Shown here: in pieces, positions 43,925 to 53,212 of the stretch
How the letters are laid out: every line of letters starts with the position of its first letter
How positions within the stretch are numbered: position 1 is the first letter of the stretch
From: Candidatus Krumholzibacteriota bacterium
GTDB lineage: Bacteria > Krumholzibacteriota > Krumholzibacteriia > JAJRXK01
Length of the DNA stretch: 64,000 bases
Assembly (NCBI GenBank): GCA_963727455.1
Contig: CAVSGG010000009.1
Location: 384,001-448,000 of the forward strand
Reading direction: 5' to 3'
Notes under the pieces: generated by a model
Told to the model about the DNA's origin: nothing
The model's database searches: none
The model's input: the letters and a program-made list of their open reading frames with translations, nothing else
Program-made: the position numbers and the translations under genes

Positions 43925-44639
43925 TTAGGGATGCGTGCTCGCGACCGGTTCTCCGCTAGGCTCGCCGATCACCGAACGAATGCGATCCACCGTCGGATTC
44001 AGGTCCTCAGCCGGCGCTTGATCCTCTGCACCGAGGGAGGCTCTGAGCGAGCGCGTGTGATTCTCCGCGATCGTCAGCATCACCGACATCCGCCGCGAGA
44101 AGTGGTTGTAGAGCAAGACCGCGGGCACCGCGATGATCAGACCGGCAGCGGTCGTCAGCAGTGCCTCGGCCACTCCCGCCGCCACCACCGACGGCGCGGC
44201 CGATCCCACCTGCGCCATGTCGTGGAAGGCCCGCATGATGCCCCAGACCGTTCCGAAGAGACCGATCAGAGGCGCCACCGCGGCCATGCTGCCCAGGACG
44301 GAGAGGTTCTTCTCCAGAGAGGAGCTTCTGGCGGCTCAGAGCGACTTGCAGCCGCTCTTCGAACTCGGCCGGAAGTTCCCTGGACCTCGACAGAACCTGG
44401 GCGGCCACTCTGCCCATGGGGTGATTGCAGTGCTCACACTGCAAGAGAGCTTCCGAGGTCTTCCCCCGACGCAAGCACTCGAGGGCCTTGTGCAGTGTCT
44501 GCTCGGGATCTCCGGAGCGTCGCCGGTAGTAGAGAAACCGTTCTATGGTCACGGCCAGGGTGACGATGCTCAAGACGAGCAGGAGGAGCATGATTGGGCT
44601 TGAGCGTGTGGCTCCCACCCAGTCGAATTCGGCAAACAT
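43925..44639 (-). CDS. exbB: ExbB/TolQ/MotA proton channel (frameshift near 44320)
   Basis: APLIGLFGTVWGIM and GVAEALLTTAAGL; the N-terminal TM is in another frame. Confidence 0.88.
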
Positions 44640-44676
44640 CGAGCGTTCTCCTTTGCTTTCGGGAAATCCCCGTGAA

Positions 44677-47600
44677 CTAGTGAATGACGGACTTGAGCTC
44701 TTCGACGCGGTTCTGCGCCACCGCGACCAGCTCCGGGTCATCAGCGTTCTGAATCAGGTCTCGATAGGCGGCCACGGCGTTGGTGTAATCCTCGCGGTCC
44801 TCGTAGATGGCGGCACAGCGCGCGATCGCCGACAGACGATAGGAATCCTTGGCATCGCCGGATTTCATCGAGCGCCTGTAAGCGGCGAGAGCCTTGTCCG
44901 TTTCCGTCAGCTTCTCGCGGCATTGCCCGAGTCGGTACAACACCTCGCAAATCGCGTCCTTGCTCACTCCCGCATTCAGCGCGCTCTCGTACTCGCCGGC
45001 CGCCGCGTCCCACTCACCCTGGGACTCGTCGATCTTTCCCAGCTGCAGGGAGACTTCGACGCTGCGCTCGTCCTGCGGGTACAGGCTGCGATAGCGCTGA
45101 AGGCTGGTCTTCGCGTCCGCCAGCTGACCCAGGAGCTGTTGGGCCATGGCCAGATTGAACAACCCGGCTCTCTGCAGTTCCTTGTCGTCGCTCTGATCCA
45201 CCACCGCGGTGAATTTCACGGCGGCTTCCATGTAGTCTTTCTTTTGGAAGAGCTGGAGCCCGAGACGGAACTGGACGGTCGGTCTGAGCTCGCTCTCGGG
45301 GAAGAAGAGCAAGAACTGCTGGTAGGCCTGAATCGAGCGCTCGGTCTCGTTTGCCTTCGCCCAGGCCTCCCCACTCAGGAACTGAGCGCGGTCGACCTCG
45401 TCGTAGCTGGGGAAGCGGCTGACCACTCTGCGGAAGGCCTCGGCTGCTTCTGCGTACTGCTCCTTCTTGTAGAGTCCGCTGGCAATCTGGAATTGCGCAT
45501 CGGCGGCAAAGCTGCTCTCGGGGTACTTCTCGATCAGCTCGGACAAGACCTCGCTGCCCGAATCCTCTTGGCCCAGGCGGTAGAGCGCCAGCTCCATGCC
45601 CCTCTTGGCCTCCTTGGCGCTCATCGTGTGCGGATACTGCGCGATGACGGTGGAATAGCCCTGTAGAGCATCCGCGTCGCGCCCGCGTTGAAGTCGCACT
45701 GGGCCATGCGCAGGAGCCCGGTAGCCCCCGCGCTACTGCTCTCGAAGTTCTCCAGGAGACCCTGGTAACAGCGCTTGGCATCCTCGTAGTGGCCGCTCTG
45801 GAAGTACAGATCGCCCGCGCGGGCCCAGGCCTTCTCCGCGATGGGAGCGCTGGGCTCGCGAGCCACCAGCTCCTCCCATCGATCCACGGCGTCTCCGCTG
45901 CGCCCCAAGCGCTGGTAACAGACACCAGCCTGATAGGTCGCCAGGGCGAACTGCGGAGAATCACCAAAGCGGTGCCGGTAATCCTCGTAGATTTCGGCTG
46001 CTTTCTCGTAGTGCTTCTGGTTGAAGTGTACGTGCGCCATGCGCAGGTAGGCCGAGCGGACCGAGTCGCTGGACTCATCGGGCGAGAAGCGTTGCAGCAT
46101 CTTCTTCTCGGTGGCGATGGCCAGATCGTCCATGCCCTGCTGCGCGAAGGTCCAGGCCAAAAGCTGCGTGGCGGGCAGCGCGATGTCGTGCTCCTTGAAG
46201 ACACCCAGGAGCTTCTGCAGCGAAGCTTGCGCATCCTGGTAGCGGCCCTGTGAAGCCAGAGCATCCGCATCGATGAGAAGTGCATAGCCGCGCCAGCTCG
46301 TTTGGCTTGGAGGCATGGCTTGCAACATCAAATGCGGCGCGCCACTGAGCTGACCCAGATCGCCGGCCTGATGATAGGAGAGCAACAGCAGACACAGCGC
46401 AGCCTCGACCACTTCTTTCTGCTTATCGTCCTTGAAGATGAGGAAACCACCACTCCCTTTTTGTCCCGCATAGCGGTCCAGCACCAATTGGAAGTAGGGC
46501 GCGGCCGCGAGCGGACGATCCATCTCTAAGAGCCCGACACCGGCCAGGTACGCCGCCGGCGGAGCCTCGGCCTCCAGCGGATAACCGCGCACCACGGTTT
46601 CGTAGGCCCCCACCGCTTCGGCCCGGCGCCCCAGAGTCTCGTAGCATCGGCCAATGCGGTACTGCGCGCTGGCCGCCACTTGATGTTCGAAATAATTGCG
46701 CAGGACCAGGTTGTACTGGACGATCGCGCCCTGGGGATCGTCTTGCGCGACACTGATCTCACCCAGGAGGAACTGACCGCGCGCGGCGGCGTCCGCTTTG
46801 GGGAAACGACTGACGAGACCTTTGAGGACCGGAGTCGCCTCCTCGAGACTACCTTCCGCGAATAGCGCGGCCCCCTGCCTCAGGAGCGCTTCCGCCTGCA
46901 ACTCGGGATTCTTGCTCTCCTTGGCGACCGTGGCGAAACCCTCGGCCGCACTGCGATACGCCTTGCCGTTCAGGAAAGAGTTCGCCTTGGCGTACAGACC
47001 CAGGTAACGCAGCGGAGAATCCGGATAGCGCTCATAGACTTCCTGATAGGCTGCCGCGGCGTGCAGCACTTCAGCTTGCTCATCGTAGCAGAGAGCATTC
47101 AAGTAACTCACCGCGGCCGAGTGGGCGGGGGCATTTGCCAGCTCGCTCAGGCATGCCGCGGGATCACCCTGCGCATATTCAATCGTTGCGTGAGCCACGA
47201 CCACCCTCTGCATCCCGCTGGTCCAGGGCGCGATCGACTTCAGCTGGTTCAGCGTCTTCTCCGCCTTGTCCCACTTGGACTGCCTCAACTCGTTCCACGC
47301 TCGAGCGATCCAGGCTTGCGCCAGGAGCGGACTGTGGGGATGCTCCTCTTCCCACTTCTTCCACTGCTTCAAGGCCTCTTCGTTCTGGCCCTCGGCTTCG
47401 AGCGCACGGATGGCGGCGAACTCTGCGTCGTCCACGAAGGGGCCCTTCTTGTCCTCTTTCGCGGCCTTCTCAAAAAGCTCGCGCGCTTTGGCGGGCCGAT
47501 TCAACTCGCCTTCCATTTCCGCAAAGAGGAAAGTGGCAGCCGCCTTTTCAGCGTCATCCAGATCGGATTGGAGAACGCTCTGCAGCGGCTGCTCCAGCGA

Positions 47601-47816
47601 GTTGATCGCTCCTTTGCGGGCGACGCCGGTCAAGGCGCTCGCAAACTCGAACTGAATCCCGAGTCCGGTGAGCGTCTTCGGAGTTTGCGCACTCGCATCC
47701 TTGCTTTGGCTGGAATCGCTGGGATCGTCCTCCGCTCTCGATGTTCCCGGAAGGAGAAACACCAGAAGGACGGCTACGAGCAACTCCGATATGCGCCTTC
47801 GCGCTCTGATCTTCAT
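44677..47816 (-). CDS. Large exported TPR protein (~1045 aa, YbgF/BamD-like repeats; frameshift near 45690)
   Basis: Signal peptide; many repeats of the type Y..V..RYP.S....A.Y..G. Confidence 0.8.
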
Positions 47817-47839
47817 GCGAACTCTGCTCCTGATTCGCG

Positions 47840-49096
47840 TCAATTGACTTCCACCGGAATTTTGCCCGAAGGACCGGATGTGGAGATCTCCACTGTTTGC
47901 TCCTTGGCGGAGATTTCTACGCCCTCGTCGTCGGTGACCGAGAAGCGATAGCGGTAGCTGCCGTCGGGCAGCGGCATACCGGATTCGTCGGTTCCATCCC
48001 ACAGCACCAGAGCCGGAGGATTACCCTTGCCGCCGAAACGGCGAACCAGTTGATCATCCTTGTCGATGATGTCGAGCGACCACTCGACGGCCTCGCCGCG
48101 GGTGCGGGTCTTAAGGTGGAAGGTAGTGACCGAGTTCTCACCACTGGGCGAGAAGATCTCGGGTCTGGCTTGCGAGGTGGCGTGGAATCCGCCGAAGTCG
48201 TAGACGATACCCACGCGATGCAGGACGTCCAATTCGTTGTCCTGCGCACTGTAATCCAGGCGCATGTTGTGGGACACGCGCACGCTGAGCCCGCCTGCAA
48301 CGCGTTGATCGCGGTACCCGGCTCTCAACGCGAGCACGCGGTGCACCCAGAATTCGGCGCCCGTGGAAACAATCGCCCCCGGTCCCTTTTGCGCTTCAAC
48401 TTGTGCGGTGACTAACGCGCGGCCCTTCATTCCGTTCCACGCCAGACCACCCCGAAAATTCACGGGATAGCTTTCATCGGCTTCCCGGTAGGTTACATTC
48501 GGTCCACCGATGTTGAGAACGCTGGCACCGGCCTTCCACTCTCGGGTGATATCGGCAATGAGTCCCAAGTCCAACCCCACGCCACCACCGTTGAAATCTT
48601 CCAGCGACTCGCGGACCATCTTGAAGTTCGCACCCATGGAGACCTTCTCCGAGACTCTCTTGGCGGCAGTCAGATAGACTCCGAGATTTCCCGCACTGAA
48701 GGTCCCGAGGTGGTCGTTCAGTTCGTTGGTGCGTTCGAAGTCGCCCGAATTGAGGGTCACGAAGCTGATGCCGACGCTCGGGAAGGTTTGACCCGGTAGG
48801 GCGAAACTGAACGCGTTCATGCGCGACTCGCCGAAGAGGGAAACGGTTTCGAATTGCGTCTGGTTTTGCAGCAAGTGACTCAGTCCCGCAGGATTCCACA
48901 AGCTGCCAAGGGCGCCGTCTGCGTTAGCCACGAAGGACCCGCCCATGCCGGCAGTTCGCGCGGTCTGATAGCTGGTGAGCCAGTCCCCGGGTTGCCCGTA
49001 GACCGGATCCTGTGCCCGGACGGCGGAAGTTCCACCCAGAGCGATGAACAGGACACTGATACAGAAAATAGCGGTCGTTGATTTCATGAATTTCAT
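47840..49096 (-). CDS. PorV/PorQ (UPF0164, FadL-like) family outer-membrane barrel fused to a C-terminal FlgD-like domain
   Basis: ARTAGMGGSFVANADGALGSLWNPAGL, GVGLDLG, NIGG and LALRAGY, then PEIFSPSGE...WSLDI...LWDGTDESGMPLPDGSYRY. Confidence 0.75.
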   Translation of the reverse strand: MKFMKSTTAIFCISVLFIALGGTSAVRAQDPVYGQPGDWLTSYQTARTAGMGGSFVANADGALGSLWNPAGLSHLLQNQTQFETVSLFGESRMNAFSFALPGQTFPSVGISFVTLNSGDFERTNELNDHLGTFSAGNLGVYLTAAKRVSEKVSMGANFKMVRESLEDFNGGGVGLDLGLIADITREWKAGASVLNIGGPNVTYREADESYPVNFRGGLAWNGMKGRALVTAQVEAQKGPGAIVSTGAEFWVHRVLALRAGYRDQRVAGGLSVRVSHNMRLDYSAQDNELDVLHRVGIVYDFGGFHATSQARPEIFSPSGENSVTTFHLKTRTRGEAVEWSLDIIDKDDQLVRRFGGKGNPPALVLWDGTDESGMPLPDGSYRYRFSVTDDEGVEISAKEQTVEISTSGPSGKIPVEVN

Positions 49097-49109
49097 CCTG
49101 CTTCCTCCC

Positions 49110-52100
49110 CTATCGGACCACGCCGACTTTGCGGCGCATCACGTGGAGAGTCTGACCGTTGCCTTCCGCCCGTACTTCGACGATGTATCCACCGCTGGCC
49201 ACGATCTCGCCGTCCCCATTGCGGCCGTCCCACACGACCTCGTTCAGACCGACCGTCCCCCCTTCCCCAGCGGGAAGGAAGTTTTTCTCGAGCACGAGGT
49301 TTCCGCTCAGGGTGTAGATCCGCATGCGCACCGAGGCGTTGTCGGCCAGCTTGTAGGCGATCGTGGTCGGACTCTCGTTGGGGTGGAAGGGATTGGGATA
49401 GTTGGCGATGGTCCCACCAGGCGCGTCGGGATCGACGAGCGCCGTCTCGACCTGCAGATCCTGGCTCAAAGAACCGGAGCTGGCTTGGATGGTGTCCATC
49501 TCGGGTTCACGCGGACTCAGGAAGTCGGCCCTCGCGATGCCAGCGTCATCGGTTTCTGCGTCCAGGGGTGTGAGCGTTCCCATCCCTTGCGTGAGGGTGA
49601 AGACCACTCCTTGCATGGGAACGCCGTTCTCGTATTGGTCGAGGACCCGGGCATATACGGTTGAGTGTTTGTTCCCCTTCAACCATGTGGGATCCGAAAC
49701 CAAGTCGATGTGATCGGGGGTGCCCGGCACCACGCTGATCACATCGGTCGTTGCGGGTTCGTGGCCCAGGTCGTCGGTAGCGGTGATCTGAATGTCCTCC
49801 GCGTAGGTGTAATACATGTCCACCGTTGTCGAACCCTGGAGGATCTGGAACTGCGTGGTACGAAGCTCACCCGCTCCGGGGTCGCCGGAAGAGGCATTTC
49901 GTACGCTGAGGTTCACGCCGGTATTGATCTCCTGAATGACGCTTCCCGCGTCGTTGGTGACCTTGACCGTCAGATGGAAGTTCCCGCCTGCCATCACGTG
50001 CGTGCTGTCGACCTCCGCCTCGAGATGGAAACCGCTCGAGATCGCGCGCACTTGGGTGGTGCTCGTGGGCATGCTGGGTTGCGTCACGTTTGCGACGGTG
50101 ATCTGCTGATAACCGCCCGTGGAAAGACGCATGGAGAGTTCCGCGACGCCATCCTGCATTGCGGTGTCGCCAGGAAGCTCAGCCATGGCGTCCGAAGAAC
50201 TCAGACGAACCACATCGTTCACGCCTTGAACCGGATTCCACCATTGGTCCGTCGCATACACGGTGACGGTGAAGGCGTAGTTGATGGATTGATCAGTCGC
50301 CAAGCCGGTGCGGCCATTCTCGGTTCCCGGTGCCGGAAATTCGCCAGGCGCTAGAATGAGTACTCGAGAGTAGGTTCCCGGCAGCACAAGAACCTGGCTG
50401 GAGGTGTGGGAGGCGATCTGAGAAGAATCGGCGTCACTCGCGCTCACCGTTTGATAGCCCGCCTTGAAGAGAGTCGCGGGCACGGTGGCCTCTCCATTGA
50501 GCAGCGCGACGTTTGCCGGGAAGCTGGCGAAGGGGTCGCTCGAACTCAGAGTCACCGTATCGCTGATCCCCGGAACCCGGTTCCAGTAGGCGTCGACGGC
50601 GCGCACTGTAAGATTGAAGCTGCTCCCCGCGTTTTGATCCTGCGGTGCGCCACTCACCCCGGTTTCGGTTCCGCCCTGTGCAATTTCGCCGGGCAGCCGG
50701 ACCTGGAGTTTCTCGAAGGGACCCGGAAGCACCACGAAGTTCGCGCTCGTTCCCGTGTGGGGCGGCGCAGCATAGTCGGAGCAGGTGAAAGAGACCGCGC
50801 CACCGGCTCCACGGAAGACCATCTTGCCGTTCCACACACCGGCGGTGAAGGTGATGCGATCCGGCGAGATGCTTCCCGGTCCGGTATTCGCGGCCAGATT
50901 GGCTTCACCGAAATAGCCAGGCACCGTGTTGCCAGAACCATCTACCGCGCGGATGTTCACGGTGACCGAGTCCCCTGCCTGCACCGGAGTGGGAAAGGAG
51001 TCCACTGCAAAGCCGGCAATCGCGTTGGGAATCACCGGAATCCCCACCGTGGTCATCCCCGCGATACTGCCGTTGGTCTGGTCCGAAACGCTGAGATTCT
51101 GCGAACCGACCGTTCCCAAAGAGAGAGTGAACTGACGGAAGCCATTGCTCAACGCGCCGCTCACTGGCGTGCTCGCCAGTGGGTCGTTGGAGATAATTCG
51201 TACGGTGTCCCCGCTGGGCAGGGGATTCCAGTAGTCGTCCGTGGCATAGACCTCGACGGTGAAGTCCTGCCCTGCGCCCTGGGTCGCGGCCTCTCCACTG
51301 AGCCCGCTCACGCTTCCCGGCTCCGCGGACTGGCCGGGAACTACGATTTGAACACGCGAGAAATTTCCGGGGTGGACCGAGAACGGATCGCTCGTGCCAT
51401 TGCGGGACGGATCACTGTCCAGAAGAGCGTAGATGTTCACGTTTCCGCGGTTGATGGCCGTCTCATCCGCGCGATACATCGTCACCTGACCCGACCACTG
51501 GCCGTTCACCAGGTCGACCGTGGCCGGCTCGATGCGGCCCTCTCCGTAGCTCGTCAATTCGCGCAAGCGCACCGGGCCGTCGTAGTTGTTCAGTTGCTGA
51601 CCGTTGGTATCCACAGCCCACAACGAGATCGACATCGCTTGTCCGGCGTACTGGTTCTTCTGGTTGATCCGCGCGAACTCGAATCCCTGCAGCAGGACCG
51701 AGCCCACCTGGCTCGAGCTGGCATCGGGAATCGTGGTGTCGGTCAAATCGCTCGCCTGGAAGTCGAATTGTCCGTCGGCGTTGAGCGTGACGGTGAATTG
51801 CAGTTCTCCGTCACTCATCACGGCGCTCGGAGGCAGCGTAGCTGTCTCGTCGCTGCTGGTGATCTGAATCTGACTCGTGATGGAAGTTTGCGTATTCCAC
51901 GAGGAATCGCAGGCCCTGACCAGGATGTTGAAAGGAACACCCACCGTCTGCGTATCGGGCTGACCGGATTTACCATTCACCGTTCCCGGTGCGGGCGTCT
52001 CCCCGGGAAGAAGAACCTGGAGCTGCGTGTAGCTCTGCGCCAAAGCAGAAGAAGTGCTCCACGGTCCGAGGGAAAGTCCTGCCACGATCGACAAGATCGC

Positions 52101-52133
52101 CAGGAGGAACCGTCTTTTGGGAAACTTCGACAC
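49110..52133 (-). CDS. Large secreted Ig-like repeat protein with C-terminal FlgD-Ig domain
   Basis: GTG start with RBS and signal peptide; internal repeats; C-terminal IANYPNPFHP...WDGRNGDGEIVASGGY. Confidence 0.8.
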   Translation of the reverse strand: MSKFPKRRFLLAILSIVAGLSLGPWSTSSALAQSYTQLQVLLPGETPAPGTVNGKSGQPDTQTVGVPFNILVRACDSSWNTQTSITSQIQITSSDETATLPPSAVMSDGELQFTVTLNADGQFDFQASDLTDTTIPDASSSQVGSVLLQGFEFARINQKNQYAGQAMSISLWAVDTNGQQLNNYDGPVRLRELTSYGEGRIEPATVDLVNGQWSGQVTMYRADETAINRGNVNIYALLDSDPSRNGTSDPFSVHPGNFSRVQIVVPGQSAEPGSVSGLSGEAATQGAGQDFTVEVYATDDYWNPLPSGDTVRIISNDPLASTPVSGALSNGFRQFTLSLGTVGSQNLSVSDQTNGSIAGMTTVGIPVIPNAIAGFAVDSFPTPVQAGDSVTVNIRAVDGSGNTVPGYFGEANLAANTGPGSISPDRITFTAGVWNGKMVFRGAGGAVSFTCSDYAAPPHTGTSANFVVLPGPFEKLQVRLPGEIAQGGTETGVSGAPQDQNAGSSFNLTVRAVDAYWNRVPGISDTVTLSSSDPFASFPANVALLNGEATVPATLFKAGYQTVSASDADSSQIASHTSSQVLVLPGTYSRVLILAPGEFPAPGTENGRTGLATDQSINYAFTVTVYATDQWWNPVQGVNDVVRLSSSDAMAELPGDTAMQDGVAELSMRLSTGGYQQITVANVTQPSMPTSTTQVRAISSGFHLEAEVDSTHVMAGGNFHLTVKVTNDAGSVIQEINTGVNLSVRNASSGDPGAGELRTTQFQILQGSTTVDMYYTYAEDIQITATDDLGHEPATTDVISVVPGTPDHIDLVSDPTWLKGNKHSTVYARVLDQYENGVPMQGVVFTLTQGMGTLTPLDAETDDAGIARADFLSPREPEMDTIQASSGSLSQDLQVETALVDPDAPGGTIANYPNPFHPNESPTTIAYKLADNASVRMRIYTLSGNLVLEKNFLPAGEGGTVGLNEVVWDGRNGDGEIVASGGYIVEVRAEGNGQTLHVMRRKVGVVR
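50040..52035 (-). repeat. Protein-level repeats (~100 aa): four 'LQVxxPGE..PG' units alternating with '(A)G...AVD..G...Y.G' units
   Basis: YTQLQVLLPGETPAPGT, FSRVQIVVPGQSAEPGS, FEKLQVRLPGEIAQGGT and YSRVLILAPGEFPAPGT, each followed by (V)RAxD/YATD..WN. Confidence 0.75.
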
Positions 52134-52635
52134 GTCAATCGCCTCTGCTCTGCGCTCTGGACAATCATCCGGAGCTGGGAACGGCCAGGCAGCAAAAGCT
52201 ACTGCAAGCTGGCCGGAGGGATTCTGGATCGCTCGGTGACTAGAAGGTTGCGTGCCATTCCCCAGAGCGTGAAGAAAGGCGGACTCCCGAAGGTGAGTTA
52301 GTGCTGATGAGGGTCGATGGCAGTGCGACTTTCCGGATGACAGTTCATCTTGATTCGTTTCGTACGAGGAGAACGTACTCGATCCCGGATGTGAATGACC
52401 GTTACTCATCGAGGCGGATACCGCGCACGATACATGCAAGCGAGTTGCAAAACGTGCCTTGATTTGCCCGATCTGAAGAACACTGCGGACATGAGGAAAC
52501 GAGGGGAGCCGAGGAATTGCGGGTGACCTGACTCTCTCGGCGTGGCAGACTTCCTACTCTCATCTAGCTTGGGCTTGTCGACGAGCTTCAGAGCTCACTG
52601 GATTTTTCGAGAAACCACGAAGGAGAGAACGGAGC

Positions 52636-53196
52636 ATGGAGGACTTGCATCCTGAGAATCCGAGAGAGAACATCGCCGTGCGTCAACGCCAAGAGCCCTT
52701 ACGCGAACGCTACAAGACGATGCCCGAGGAGGCCCGTATCACCGACCGTGCTCGGTCGGTCGCAGGAGTACAAACCGATCCCTTCCACGGGTCTTTCGCG
52801 CCAGGAAGCCAGGATTATGGCATCACCTGGCCCTTTGGGATCCATAGCGCCGTGGGCGGGTTTCACGATGGTCCCAACCCTGGAGACCTCTTGTGTGCGG
52901 CGCTCGCGACCTGTCTCGACTCCACGCTGAGAATGATTGCGGAACGACTGGGAGTGAGCTTGACTTCGCTGGAGGTCGATGTAAAAGGGGAGATCGACGT
53001 ACGCGGAACTTTGGCCGTCGACCGCGAGGTCCCGGTCGGAATGCAATCCATGCACTGCGATGTCAATCTGTCGACGGCCGAGGGCACCGACCCGCAACTC
53101 GTGAAGCGCCTCTTGGCTGCGGCTGAACGCAGTTGTGTCAATCTGCAGACATTGCGTCATGGTGTCCCAGTGGAGACGAGTTTGCATTCGCACTGA
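52636..53196 (+). CDS. OsmC family protein
   Basis: GPNPGDLLCAALATC and AAERSCVNLQTL; AGGAG RBS. Confidence 0.82.
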   Translation: MEDLHPENPRENIAVRQRQEPLRERYKTMPEEARITDRARSVAGVQTDPFHGSFAPGSQDYGITWPFGIHSAVGGFHDGPNPGDLLCAALATCLDSTLRMIAERLGVSLTSLEVDVKGEIDVRGTLAVDREVPVGMQSMHCDVNLSTAEGTDPQLVKRLLAAAERSCVNLQTLRHGVPVETSLHSH

Positions 53197-53212
53197 CCCG
53201 CAGTAGGTGCCC

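Noticed and set aside
42130-44639. Interpretation as a standard Tol-Pal or iron-uptake TonB locus
   Set aside because: There is no tolB/pal and no TonB-dependent receptor in the operon, it has two ExbD paralogues, and PorV-like and cargo genes are co-transcribed. It is not fully excluded, since a TBDR exists at 7-9 kb.
50406-52301. Long plus-strand ORFs opposite real genes (also 1278-2192, 34419-35981, 20639-22015; minus-strand 3948-5513)
   Set aside because: These are shadow ORFs typical of high-GC codon bias and have no recognisable motifs.
52440-52475. GGGCAAA motif suggesting a c-di-GMP-I riboswitch upstream of the surface-protein operon
   Set aside because: It lacks the GNRA-capped P2 stem and the following GACGCAAAG motif.
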